Source: Amoebidium appalachense (lineage: Eukaryota > Protista > Ichthyosporea). From it: 64,000 nt of DNA. The notes below the pieces were generated by a model. That model worked only from the letters and a program-made list of their open reading frames with translations. It was not told where the DNA came from and made no database searches. Position 1 is the stretch's first letter. Each line of letters starts with the position of its first letter. Made by a program: the position numbers and the translations under genes. Of the stretch, positions 1 through 44,045 are shown in pieces. Where the stretch lies: NCBI GenBank assembly GCA_963693365.1, contig CAVNZM010000004.1:1547449-1611448 (forward strand), read 5' to 3'.

Positions 1-121
1 GGTTGTTGCTGCTGCTTTTCGTTACCCTTTCTCTCTCATTGCCCTTCTTCCATTCATTCTTTCATCTCCTCTGGTCACTGTTTTCAATCTTTGAAATGTG
101 TATGTATTGATCGCTGCTGCG

Positions 122-153
<32 letters not shown>

Positions 154-225
154 GGGGGGGGGCTGAGACGGGACAGGAGAATGTATGTGCTGGTGTGTGC
201 GGGCGGGCGTGTGTGCAGACCTTTT

Positions 226-256
<31 letters not shown>

Positions 257-335
257 AGGGGGGGAGGGGTTGGTATGTTGGTATGTGGGCTGTAATCTCT
301 AATCTATTAATAACACCTTGGCCTCACTCATTCAG

Positions 336-6952
<6,617 letters not shown>

Positions 6953-7500
6953 CTGTTGCATTAAATTCTAAACTTCAGTAGACTGTGATATGTTTTATTG
7001 AAGTCTTATTGTTTACACCGGATACATATAAGATGTATGCGGAGTTTTGTTCTTGCAACGATTCCTTGCTACCAATTCTTCAAGTATCAATCTCGGTGTT
7101 CTCTCAAGTTTTTATATTGCTCAACAGAACATCTAATGATTGCCCTGCATCTCCGTATTGCATGTATCAGTACAGTAACATTTGTTTGCATGCACATAAT
7201 GTGGACACATCTTTAAATGCTATCTAAGACCAAAGTTGCCAATTCAGCTATGCCCCCCCCCCCCTCCCTCTCTCCCCCCCCCCCCCCCCCCTCCCCCCCC
7301 TCCCCCTCCCCCAATTAAGTTCACAAAAACTGAGTAATATACAGTGCTATGCGTATAGATATCTGTGCACCATTCTGTGTTTTAGAGTGAGTTCAACTTG
7401 CCGCTCCGACCCGTGGGGCAACACCCCCTCCCCCCCCCCCCCCCCACGTGTGCACGTGCACGCGCGCGCAAGCACGCACAGGCACGCACGCGCGCACACA

Positions 7501-7537
<37 letters not shown>

Positions 7538-7538
<1 letters not shown>

Positions 7539-7633
7539 AACACGCACATAGTGTTACGGCAAACACACACACACACACACACATACACACAAACAAAAAC
7601 ATATTATTACCGCAAACACACACACACAGAGAC

Positions 7634-7668
<35 letters not shown>

Positions 7669-7688
7669 AACACGCACATATTATTACC

Positions 7689-7732
<44 letters not shown>

Positions 7733-7738
7733 CCCCCC

Positions 7739-7777
<39 letters not shown>

Positions 7778-7841
7778 ACGCAGCATACGGCAAAGTTTCA
7801 CACACACACACACAAACAAACACGCACATATTATTACCGTA

Positions 7842-7850
<9 letters not shown>
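7538..7850 (+). repeat. Compound minisatellite: ~25-bp unit (aaacacgcacatattattaccgcaaa) separated by variable (CA)n tracts
   Basis: Unit copies at about 7538, 7597, 7668, 7770 (degenerate) and 7818. Confidence 0.8.
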
Positions 7851-7894
<44 letters not shown>

Positions 7895-8047
7895 ACATAC
7901 CCACACACACACACACACAGACTCACGCACACACACGCGCACACATACACACCCCGGGCACCTACCCACACACAGTCACCTCGTGACATACACACACACG
8001 CACAAAAGCACGCACGCGCCGCCACGCACACACACACCGTACACACG

Positions 8048-8117
<70 letters not shown>

Positions 8118-8364
8118 AACACACAAACACACGCTCACACATACACATACACACGAAACGCACACGCACACGCACCCACACAACACACATGTACGCACGC
8201 ACACGCACACTGTGGCACACACACACACACTCACACACATGTCCGTGGCACTTCGAAAAAAAAAAAACAGCCTCCGGTCCAGACTCCTCTCCCCCCAACC
8301 CCACCTTGTACATGTCCCAGCCCTCCCTCCCCCCCCCTCCCCCCCCCCCCCCCCCCCCCCCCCC

Positions 8365-8412
<48 letters not shown>

Positions 8413-8670
8413 ACACACACACACCTCCTGCACTTCCGGTTTTGAAACTTGGCACAAATTTGTTGCCTCCAGATCTTCATGGCACCCTTTTTGGGACTCT
8501 GCCGCTGCTCCTGCGGCCCGAACTTATAGCTAGTAGACCATAATAGGCGACACCTAGATCGTTGACTAATAAAATTGGATTCTAAGAAGAACCTTTCAAC
8601 CGTGGTGATCTTAGATCTTGCCGGAAGGTGCGTGACAGCGTCAAACGGTGACTTTTTCCGATTGGCGCCA

Positions 8671-8913
8671 AGAGCATCAAAATAATTGTTTTTGGTTTGG
8701 GAAGTACTCGCTTGACTGGAATGTTTGCCGAAGGCCCCCCCCCGGGGACCGGGGCCCCGCCTGGCCCGCGCATCTGGGGGGACCGGCGTCTGGGGGGACG
8801 GGCGGGCCCCGGTCGCGGGGGGGGGGGGGGGGGGGGGGGAGGGGGGGGGGGGGGCTTCGGCCCTTAGAAAAACGTTCCAGTCAAGCGAGTTTCCCAATAT
8901 TGGTTGATGCTTT
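8671..8913. repeat. Long inverted repeat / foldback with GC-rich loop
   Basis: Left arm tgggaagtactcgcttgactggaatgtttgccgaaggccccc (8698-8740) matches the reverse complement of gggggcttcggc...aaacgttccagtcaagcgagtttccca (8850-8896); outer extension agcatcaa / ttgatgct. Confidence 0.85.
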
Positions 8914-9285
8914 TAAGGGGAAGTAGATCACACTGGGCCAATATCGTTTCTATCACGATAAGCCTTTTCTTTGACGCATGCACGCACGCACGTGCACACG
9001 CACGCACGCACTCATGCGGGCACGCACGCCGCGCAGCAAACATATGATGATATGTACACACGCACGCACTGCACCATGCATATGATACACACACGTAAGA
9101 AATGAAATGAAAAATAGGCAGGGATGGAGCGGGCCAAGACCTATGGAGAATTAGACCGCAGTTATGGTGCATGTGGGAAGAAATAGAAAACATTTTGATT
9201 TAGAAGGCCACCCAATAAAAGGGATCCTGAGGGACTCATAAGGGCACCTATTTAATTTAATTTAACTTCAAATCTTGCGCTACAG

Positions 9286-16978
<7,693 letters not shown>

Positions 16979-17426
16979 TATCAGCGAAATTTCAGGATAA
17001 AATCGAATTTGATATACTGATACAGTGATGAATATATGAATATCAATGAATGAATATTGGTGACGTTAGCTGCAAGAATGCTCCCGCTCCACTTAGTGAC
17101 TCACAGCTTTGCTGCCATTTTTCTCCCTCACCAATCCCGCTGCATTGCGTTCCCTTTGGGTTGAATGGCAGACATGCAGAAAACTATTAAAATTTTGGGA
17201 TATCAACTTAATGTTGTTTCATGAATTGGATATACAGTGTCTTCCACTTGATACTGTTCTTGTGGCAGTTTTTTGATGCAAGTGGGCACATATGCAGATG
17301 CTTTCCTTTAAATTTGTTGATAGGGGCTCTAACACACAGTTATTGTTCCTTTGTGCCAGTGTCTAGCGTTTAACCTTGAGGGGGGCTTTTTTTTTTTTTT
17401 TTTTTGTTGTTGTTGTTGTTGTTGTT

Positions 17427-17471
<45 letters not shown>

Positions 17472-17893
17472 GGGTTTTTAATTCCGCTTGCAAGATGAAA
17501 CAGGCTTGAATAAAAAAGACAACATTAGATCGCGCTTGTGGTGAACGGTTTCGGTGTCCAATATCCCCCCCCCCCCCCCCCTCTCCGAGTACCAACCCCA
17601 CCCCAACCCACACAACACCATCTCATCATTTTATGATTTTATCCCGTGTGTTCCTCGGGAAGGCCCTTACGGGTCCCGTCTTCCACTCATTTAAGCACCG
17701 AGTGTACCCTAGATAGGGCTCTTATGGTGCATTCAGCTAAAATAGCACACATTTACCAATCCTAACTACTAGTACAGTACGCACTTAGCCCAGGGTTTTT
17801 GCCCCAGCCTCGCTAGTGGGGAGCTCCACACAACACCACCTTGAACCAAACATTAACCAACCAACCAAACTTTACTAACATGCCAAGGGAGGG

Positions 17894-17930
<37 letters not shown>

Positions 17931-17998
17931 CGGTGCGATCGGCCCCCTTTTCGTTCGTCTCTGTCCAACAGTCACTGACGTCGATCATACTCTCAACA

Positions 17999-18055
<57 letters not shown>

Positions 18056-18980
18056 CCTCCCTCCTCCCCAAACCCTCGTGAACTCTCTTTGGAGGCGTTT
18101 TGAGCATAAAAACGTGTTTGTACCATTTGTCCGATTATAGGACATTTGAAATCACTGCCACGTGCATAGTTTGAAACGACTCCATATTTACGGCGCTGAT
18201 AAGAAAACAGACTGTAGTTTCCACCAGACACTTGCCCGGTTGCTACCACGGCCCTATTGTAGTCTGAAACACCACAGGGGATATTGATGCTACCAAAATG
18301 CAAGGGTGTTACTAAAAATAGGAAGCTAAAAATAGAATTTTCGAGACAGCCGTGTTGCTATCCAACTGCTGCCAACTGTCGTCACGGTTTTCGCGCGCGC
18401 TTTCAAATTGTCTACGCAGCCTCTGATTGGTGCATTTATTACAGCCATCGGATTGGTAGATCTAATTGAGTAGATGGGAATTCACGTGATGCTCCAGCCG
18501 CATTCCTTGGATCATTTTAATATGAGTATGAGTGTATCTCTGAGCATATGACTCACCCAATCAAGCAATTCCAATAACCATTTAAAATGTAAACTCTTAT
18601 ATTAAATGGGTGTTTATTTCTTCTAAATTATAAAAACATAAAGATCACACAAACTAATAACTATTTCGATGGCGGTGCTTCTGGAATGTGCACATTTGGG
18701 TTTTGGCCAATAAACTGCTGCCATAGAATGCTAACGAAACTGAAGGCTGGCAGCTTCCAGGCCAGTGCTTGGGGCAAACTTCTACGTTCAGTCGTTCACC
18801 CTCGTAACTGCCGTCTAGAACACTCTCTCTGGGATACTTTTTTTCAAACAGTGAAAAATGCTAGTTTTGTCTTCATGTGTCTTTTAGAGCTTCGAGGCAA
18901 CTCAAGTTCAGTTAACCCGTTTTTGTTTACCTTTTTTCAGTTCTCGCGCAAAAAGCGTGGCATTGAAATCATCTGTAAAC

Positions 18981-20123
18981 ATGTGTAGAACAATTGCAAG
19001 TAGAAAGCCTTGGGGGGTAGAGGAGGGGCACCAAGAAGACGAAGAGGTCCGCCTAAGACACAAACGATTGACACATTTGCCCAGTGAATTGCTGTTGGCA
19101 GGGTCAGGTTGTTGGTTTTCCGGGCCCCTCGCTCCCTTTAGAAACGTCAAGTGTGTCAACCTGAGTGGCAATCGCCTTACCTCCGTGCCTTTTGAGCTGT
19201 TTCTTGTTCCAACCATTGAACGTCTTTACCTGGCAGATAATCTTCTGGACAGTATACCAGAGTTCATTGGAAACCTGAACCACTTGAAAGTTCTTTCGTG
19301 CGAAAACAACCGGATCAAGACTCTCCCCGCGAACATTGGAAAATGCGTCGAACTACAGACCCTACGGTTGGGTTGTGCCTCTGGAGGAAACGAAATCGAA
19401 GCAATACCGGAAACGATCGGCAACTTGAAAAACATGTGCACGCTTGAAATCGACAACAACCGTCTCAGACATTTGCCTTGTTCTATTGGCAACCTGAAGA
19501 AACTTAAGGTTCTGCGTTGTAGCCACAACAAACTAGAGACCCTGCCAGACTCCATTGGTGACGTCGATGCACTTGAGGAGCTCGTGTTGAACAACAACCA
19601 CCTGGGCACACTGCCTCCTACCGTCGGACGGCTGCACAACCTTCATGTATTGAACGTGGCAAACAACTCGCTGACGGTTTTACCCGGGGAGCTTTGCTGG
19701 ATTGAATGTCATTTGAATGTCATCCTGGCAGGAAATCCTTTCTTTGAACGAAACTCTACACGAAACTCTACACATGTAAACGAACCACAAGCACATCATG
19801 ATGACCAAAATACTGACAAAGATGAAGTCGAGGGAAAGGGAAAGTCGCACCCTACGACGGAAATCCCGAGTCTTAAAAACTATTCAGGGAGGAGGGTGGT
19901 CGAATGGATGGAGTCACATCCCGGGGAGGTCAGCACATATAGTTTTCCTGAAGATGTTGTTTCGTTCTTGCTGTTGGCTCGTCCGTGCACAATATGCCGG
20001 CGTCCTGGGTTTATGTATGCGTCGCAGCCTGAGAGAGAGTATTTGAATGGGTTCGGACACAGAGACTTGCCGTTCTATGTAACGAATACGTGTGGGTTAT
20101 GTAGGCGTAACAAGGGGCATTGA
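18981..20123 (+). CDS. Intronless leucine-rich repeat protein with C-terminal BC-box/Cul-box-like motif and Cys cluster (LRRC58/LRRC28-like cullin-RING substrate receptor)
   Basis: Single ORF from ATG 18981 with ~9 LxxLxLxxNxLxxLPxxIGxL repeats, then IPSLKNYSGRRV...FPEDVVSFLLLARPCTICRRP...LPFYVTNTCGLC. Confidence 0.9.
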   Translation: MCRTIASRKPWGVEEGHQEDEEVRLRHKRLTHLPSELLLAGSGCWFSGPLAPFRNVKCVNLSGNRLTSVPFELFLVPTIERLYLADNLLDSIPEFIGNLNHLKVLSCENNRIKTLPANIGKCVELQTLRLGCASGGNEIEAIPETIGNLKNMCTLEIDNNRLRHLPCSIGNLKKLKVLRCSHNKLETLPDSIGDVDALEELVLNNNHLGTLPPTVGRLHNLHVLNVANNSLTVLPGELCWIECHLNVILAGNPFFERNSTRNSTHVNEPQAHHDDQNTDKDEVEGKGKSHPTTEIPSLKNYSGRRVVEWMESHPGEVSTYSFPEDVVSFLLLARPCTICRRPGFMYASQPEREYLNGFGHRDLPFYVTNTCGLCRRNKGH

Positions 20124-21775
20124 GACCCAGCTGCATTTATACGAATGTCAGTGTGCTGTGTGAAATATGAATGTCAGTGGTTTCTGAACGAATATATCAT
20201 CGTGAAAACCCATGTTGTACGGATTTGTTAGGGGCTTGGATGATTTTTGCAGTTTGGACGTAGGTTCATGACACGTTGTATGGATTGAGTAGTCTAAAAT
20301 ATCGCGAATTCAATAAGAGTATATAGTTTTTTGTAACGAACTTGTCTGAGCTTTATTGATTCGTCTATTTTGTTTGTAGTGTACAAAAAAAGGTACATGT
20401 CATTGACGCTAAAGGTATTATATCGCGCGAATGCTTTTGTATTATATTTATGGTACACCTTGTACAAGTAATATAGCTGTACCCGATGAAGATATGAGTG
20501 TGCCATATGACCACAGGCAGTGCCTTGTGTCTTATGGTGCACAGACATAAGAATGAAGACACGTGAAAAAAGAAGAGGGAAAAAGTTCATGTCCACTGCT
20601 GGACATATGGTCGGGAACTTTCCGACCTTTCTCTCGACAGGCGGTCAGGTCTTGTGGGCCACGTTGGCTTGGTGGTGTTTTGGTAGTGGTATGGTACGTA
20701 GACAAATGTCCCTCCCCCCCCCCCCCCCCCCCCAAACACACACACCCACCCACCCACCCACCCAACCCCCCCTCCCCCTCCCTCCTCGTCCTCTTCCACT
20801 CCTTCCTCTTCATGCATGGGGGTAGGGTTCATGTGTGTTTGTTGGGGTATGATGCCCCTGCTTTTTCCTTTCGAAGCTCTTTCAAAATGGCTTCAAGGCT
20901 TTGCCTTCTCTTATTGTTTTGAAATGACATTGTTTGTGTTTTTTCCGCTTGGGGGGAGAGGGGGTGAGGGGGGGGGGGGGGGGGGGGGGGGTGAGGATGG
21001 GGATATCAGTCAAGGCTTGTTTCTTTTGTGCACCCTCAATTAGTTTCTTTGTTTTCTTTTTTTTGCCCCTCTCTCGCAGTCAAGAAGCTGGATCCGGATG
21101 TTTGGGGAGGGAGGGAGGGGGGGGGGGGGGGGGGGGGGGGGGGACACATCGGCGGTGGCACGTAACTGCAGCTCTGTGAAGCAGGGTTACCAACATCGAT
21201 TTATTTTAATTAAGGTTGATTCAGAGGCGCAGGTGTTGTTAACACCTTTATAAAAAGAAGCACAGGCTCAAGAGCCCTACCATGATACTCTTTATCACAA
21301 CGATGAAGCAAAGGATATTGAGTAGAAACCAAGTAACATACTGCTGATAACTAGTAGAAGAGAAAAACAAAGGAGATAAGTATTTTAAAGGATATCTCGG
21401 AATGGGAGAGAGATTGGGGATAGGACATTTCGCACGAACATTAGAAATGTCGGAAACAGGTGTTAAAGAAGGAAAGAATTGCAACAAAGGATGATAAGAA
21501 GAAAGCCTAACCAAATGAAAACAAAAGCGAAGTCCTAATCCATTCATACGCTGGCGCGCCGGAAGGAGACCAAAAACATTCAGCAAGGGAGCCGCCAAAG
21601 GATGCCTACGCGAGGTTCGAGAAATAAACTGGATGAATTCAAGCTGAAAGGAATCGAATTCCCGAAGAGCCGCGCGCTGTTGCCGAAGAGCCGCGCGCTG
21701 TTGCCATGGAGGGGCACACAAGAGTAACGGGAGGCCATATTCGAAACATAGACGAAGCCATATTCGAAAGATGGA

Positions 21776-21810
<35 letters not shown>

Positions 21811-22281
21811 TTCCGGAATAGCCAAGGCATCCGATCCTTGACTACTCCGGTTGGAGTTAGCTTAGAAGGCCACTGCCATAGTCCTGCACCCAGGCGAGTC
21901 CCATCTCGGCATCCGTGTCTTTTTGTTAGGCTTATATCTCATGTCCTTCAAAATCTAAGTCCGACATTGGCTCATGTGTTGCCAGCCCATACCAGTCCCT
22001 CACAGAGACTGGTGTAGTATTATAAAAGAAAAAAAAAAAAAAAAAGACGCAGCCAAAGCCAAGATGGTGGTCATAATCCAGCCTTCGTTCTGGTAGGTAT
22101 CATTACTTACTTCCATTCGGGAAAGGTTGTTACGTGAAAGAAAATCTATATTTCTCTCCTTTCGAAAAAAAAAAAACGTGTCCTGGAATGAAAATGGAAA
22201 AATTGGGATTAGGGAAAAAGATATTCTCTAGCTCCACAGAGTTGGTAAGCAACGGGGCGTGCAATTATCCAGATGGGCTTC

Positions 22282-38272
<15,991 letters not shown>

Positions 38273-39472
38273 CTTTGCAGCTTGATCAAACACGGTGGCT
38301 GCTGATACCAGCAAGCAGGATCTATCATGGAGAGTGTTTAAACGACACACGTGCTGCCTTCTCGTCAGATGGTTTCAGAAGTCCCAGTCATGCTTCATTA
38401 ACGTGCTAGGTGGTGGGGAGGAAGAATAGGCGCCATTCTTCCACCAAAAGAACACACTGTAAATAATTCTGTGACAAGAGAAGACGCGTAATGAGTCCTC
38501 CTGTGTTTAGGAAAGTGGTGTTCCCCCCTGTTCCCCCCAGCAATGTTCAATTTTTAGAATATCTCGTAGAGATGTGGGCCGCGCGTGTTCTCACATGTAT
38601 GATCACGTCAATAATGATATATATAGTGTAGTTGCATGAGGACCTATGCTGTCATATGTAAAAGTTATAAACTTCGCTCCGATCCCAGTTATATAACTTA
38701 TGCATGTACTGCGCAAAAAGATGGGATTGCCCGTCATTAGTATAAATGATACATATCCAGTCATTTGTCTGTCCTGTCATTTGAAAGTGAACTTTTTTTG
38801 GGATATCAAAAAGATAACTGGCTCATACCACTTTTACCCACTTCTTATCGCGCCAATTGGCTTCCCGTCCTGAACCTCCGAGATCGCGGCTCTGATTGAA
38901 AGTGACGGCCTCTGAGTCAACTGTGAGGGCTCGAGCAAAACATAAACATGTCCAAGGATTTCACAGGGACTTGCATCTTAGAAATAAAATAGAAACAAAG
39001 CACTCTGTACTAGTATTACCTTGATCAGCGTCCAGCTTTGCCAAGGGGACCTGCTTCCTTTCGAATTCTTATGGTCCACAATACATCCGATATTTTCAAC
39101 TGAGGCATCATGGCCATGGCGAGAAGGGCCATGCATGGCCATCAACCAGAGCAAACATCTGAACCACGAACTATTATATATATAGAGTTGATAGACTGCC
39201 ACGGCCCCTCGGCCTTACGAAACATTGAGCTGTTTCTTATGTGGAATCACCAAGTGGTGCTATACATGATAAATGCTTGTGCATGTGCGTGCATGAACAA
39301 TCATCATCGTATGCTGCTTTCTCAAGTCGAAAGCTTCAAGTTGTAGTGGGGAGCTCACGCTCCCCGGAGACATTTGCAACGGACGGACCGTCAGCATATT
39401 CATTTTTACTCTCTGGTCTTTTCACAACGGCTTAGCTACTACACCAGCTTTTATTGCTTCCCTCAGTACGGC

Positions 39473-39504
<32 letters not shown>

Positions 39505-39735
39505 GTACACCCCCCCCCCTCCCCCTTCCCCCCGTTGGCCACAAAAAAAAAAAAAAAAAAAAAAAAGGTGTGAGAGAGAGAAAATTATTAATAGTTGACT
39601 ATAACACAAACACAATTAGATGCCAGAGCGCAGAATGCCAGAATTCTAATACTATCGTTTCAAACCCACACGTGCCGTCTCCAGCTCTCTCCCGGCCCCT
39701 TTCCAACCCTTGGGCCCACACACACAGTGACACCC

Positions 39736-39781
<46 letters not shown>

Positions 39782-41022
39782 CCTCCCCCCTTCTCATTAC
39801 CAATGCATTCTTCTATAGCTCGGGAAGTTAAAAAAAAAAAAAAAAATGGCAGCGGAGGCCATGAGGGTGGTTACATTCAAGCCTTCGTTAATGATTAAAA
39901 AAAATATCCACATTCGGAAAAGGTGGCTATATGGTTAATCATTATTGAAATATGTATATGTTCTCCTCGGGCTCTTTAGAAAAACTCATACCGAGCAAGT
40001 GGGAATAAAGGATGTTAGGCGGAAAGATGTTCTATTTCCACAATGTCGGTAAGCATTGGTGAAGGTACATGTATGTAGCAGGAAGGTTTCCTAAAAAGGC
40101 AAAAAAGACCCCTTCCTTGGCTTCCTACCACTTGCATTCGCCGATGTGTTCATTCTTGGTGATCTCGGGCTACTCTGAGGAAGCATATCCCCGGTCGATC
40201 TTGCCACCAACACATTCGAACTATTTGACCCTATCGGCCACTGATTTCTCTGCTCGTAGGCATTTTGACGGGGAGCGTAATTTTGACCAGCTGTCCAACT
40301 CATTTGATTGGCCTCCCGCCAATATACAGCGTCTTGTGTGTGGGATGGTGACCCTAGGGGCTCGGACTGGTTATACAAACCTGGACCATGGTCTGAGCTC
40401 AGGGTTCGTTTTTGCGCAAAAGAGCCGGCAGGAGATTGCTGCCAAAGGTTGGCTTCACTCGGGGGTGATGATAGCAATGAAGTTGGGGGAGTGCGGGATC
40501 TCGGGCGATTTTTCGGCAGGAGTTTTAGCATGTGAACTGAGGTGCGACTGTTGCGTGGTGCTTGAGTTGTTGTGGCTGGATTTGCAGTGGTTGGTGTGCT
40601 GGAGAGGAGTGGGGTGCTTTGTGTGGCGCCGGGTGGGTCGGTTTGTACGCCCTCAGATATAGGAGGTGGATGAGACACAACGGAGGTTGGCGCTCTCTCA
40701 CTGGTGGTTTCTGTGCGTTGCAGCGATACATGTGAGAAAGGTGAAAGCCATGAAGGTGCATATAGGGTTGGTGAGGGGTGAACGTACATGGTAAAGGTTT
40801 GGAGGTAGGTAGTGAACGGTGAGTGTGGAGAGCATCAAAAATGGCATAGCCAAGAACGATGTGCCCATACAGCCCCTAACTCAGCATGAATGTTCACACC
40901 AACCCGTCCTAAAAACCCACAACAGATACACCATATAGGCCAAGGGATTCCGCTAAAAATGAAAAACCAAAACTCAGAACACATACACTCCTGTCGCAGG
41001 CGCGTGCGCGTGCGCGCGCGCG

Positions 41023-41071
<49 letters not shown>

Positions 41072-41872
41072 ACAACTCTCACACACACACACATTATGGA
41101 TTTCATACCACACACAACATTTATTTCCAAAACCCTCACCTTGAGTTGACTTGACCTGTTGTGCCACATCCCCCTCTGGGCTACCGCCCGATTTTCTGCC
41201 CGCCTCCTGCCTCACCATAGACATCTTGAATCTCGACGACTGTCTTTTTACCAATGCCTTCTTCACACTTCCATCTTCCCCTTCCTTCACCGTGTCACCC
41301 TTCGTACTCACAGGCGTATTTTCATTCCGCACTGAAGGCTCGTGCATAGCGGTCGCTCCTTTTGAAATTTCGGGAGGTGTGGGTATTTGGGGTTGTGCTT
41401 GGGTAGAGGGAGATGAACGTTCGGGTTGCTCCACACCACCGCTCTTGGTGTGGTGGGCCAGACTAATATTAGAGTCTGACAGGGCCATTGACGCACGACA
41501 CACGGTGATGGTGGGGGGTTCCAGGTTGGCGGGGGGGTCTGGATGGTGGTTTGGGATGAGATTTTGGAAAGTGGAGGGAGGGGTGGGTGCGTGCGTGCGT
41601 GCCTGCGAGGGGGGCGCAAGGGAGGTGGGGGGGGAGGGGGGGGGGGGGGGGAGGAGGGGGGAGGGGGGAGGGGGGGGGGGGAAGGCCATGTTTCAAGAAA
41701 GAACAGGTTTGTTGGGTTTTGAAAGGCATGGACAAAGGCCCGAGCCATCGGCGGGCACACACACCACGGGGTGTATATGTTAAAAACACGTGTGCATGGT
41801 GGAGATACATGCTTAACATTCGTGCCTGCGGGTGTGCTCATGCAGGCATGTGCGCACACACGCACATACACA

Positions 41873-41925
<53 letters not shown>

Positions 41926-43955
41926 ACACACACACGCACACACAGACACACACACATACACTCGCACCTACTACCAAGACCCACACCCGCAGACACAGAC
42001 ATAGCCCCCCCCCCCCCCCCCCCCCCCCACACACACACCCCCCCGCCCTTTCCCAAACACATACACCAAAACCGCCAGACAGGGCCACACAAAACCAAAC
42101 ATACCTCCCGTGCTTGCTTGGCCATCATTACCTGCCTCTTTTGACTTTGAACTCCGCCGGGAGGATTCAAACGTAAACACCGAACTGACTGTATTCAGCC
42201 AGTCTTTGAACGAAGAAAAAGTGTCCATATTTCCCTCGCTATCTTTTTCCTTCTCCTCTCCCCCGTCTTCTCTTTGATGCCCACCACTCGTGTTTTCTTC
42301 CTTTGCACGCTGCACACGTAATGGTGGACACACCATCGTAAATCCAGTTTTTTCAACATCGGGAGCCGTGTTATTGCCTGATATTGCTGGAGCGGTTGCA
42401 TGGTCGCTCCCACTCTCAAGTGTTCGCTCACTCAATATAGAGAGTGGTGCTGGTGTCTGTGTAGCCATGGGTGGGGGGGTAAGCAGTGTGTATGAGCATT
42501 TTCCGGACCCTTCCAACGGTGAATGCATGAGTTTCGTATCACTCGGGTAGAACGCAAACGTGGGTGAGTTTACGTTACTTGCCGGAAGAAGTCGTGAGTC
42601 GAGGGGGAGTGGATGAGTATTTGTGTTGTTCGGTGGGGGCTGCCTTGAAGGTGGCCGTGGGTCGCGGGGGGATTGGTTCATGCGAGGAGATGGTGTCGTG
42701 GTCTATGTTGAGTACCTGTCAGGGGTTGGAGGGGTGGGGGGAGAGAAGGAGGGAAGGAGAAGTGAGGGAGGAAGGGGAAGGGGGGGGAGGGGGGGGGGGG
42801 GGGAAGGGGAGGGGGGAGGGGGGAGGGAGTCAGTGTGGTGTGAGAGTGTCGGTTTTTATTTCTACATATCGCTTAGTGTATACTTGTGTGTTGGCTGTGT
42901 TGTGGCTGTGTTATGGCTGTGTTGTATGCGTGCGTGCGTGTGTGCGTGCGTGCGTGTGTGCATGTGTGTGTGTGTGTGTGTGTGTGGTGCATGTATGGGG
43001 TGTCTCGCAGTTATTTTGTAGTTAGTTTAAAACTAGGGTGTCTTGCCATACCCACGCCTCTAATCTGTACTCCTTCAGTCTCGTTCATACACCTGCACTA
43101 CACATGGGTGTGTATGTATGAGAGGGAGATAGAGAGAGAGAGAGGGGGGGGGGGGGGGGGAGAGAGAGAGAGAGAGATAGATAGAGAAAGAGAGAGAGAG
43201 GGAGAGAGAGAGAGAGAGAGAGGGGGGGGGGAGGAGAGAGAGAGAGAGAGAGAGTGGGGCAAGCGGGGAGAGAGGGAGAGGGAGAGGGAGGGAGAAAGGA
43301 AAGAGAGAGAAAGAGGGAGAACGGAGGGAAAGAGAGTTAGGGGGAGAGGGAAGGGGAGGGGGAGGAGAGAGAGAGAGAGAGAGAGGGTGAGGCCGAGTGA
43401 AGGAGAGCGAGAGAGAGAAGGGGTAAGACCGAGAGAGAGATGCAGAGCAGACATGCCAGCAGCCACACCCACCTGGTATGGTACCTCTGTGCCCTGTGGG
43501 GCCGAAGTGGCACGAACATATTGCACCCGGGGTGTTCTCTCCATGGGTGGGGGTGGTGCCTGCTGCCCAAACACTGCACGCACATCGGGATAGCGCAGAG
43601 TGCCCTTGCCCATGCTTGTGCTGTCTGTCTGCATGTGTGTGCCTGTGGATTCGTCTACCTGCGCTGTGTTCTTGTCGCCTTTGTCGTGGCTGTTGTTGTG
43701 GTTTTTGCGACAGAAAAGGCTGTGTATGCGCAAAGAGTGAGATGGTGGTAGAGGAGAGGACGGAATCCATTGGAATAGGAGGGGCGAATGCTAGGTGCCA
43801 AAGCACATGATCAAGAGCACAGCAGGAGATCGTGTAACTAGGGGGTCTATCACACGTGCACAGGCCTGCATGGATTGGCTAAGGGGTATGACCCCTTCTC
43901 AGCCAGCAATGCTCATTCACCAAGCAGACACACCCACACAGCCATGGGCGCAGAC

Positions 43956-44045
<90 letters not shown>

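Noticed and set aside
19226-19639. Antisense ORFs over real exons (also 9977-10549, 23240-23767, 41151-41783)
   Set aside because: Shadow frames of genuine coding sequence, with no motifs of their own
20589-20693. Exon-like segment (MSTAGHMVGNFPTFLSTGGQVLWATLAWWCFGSGM|GTACGT followed by poly-C)
   Set aside because: No recognisable homology and no coherent downstream exons found; cannot support a gene
21552-21571. tggcgcgccggaaggagacc resembling an LTR primer-binding site
   Set aside because: No flanking LTR pair or gag/pol ORF seen
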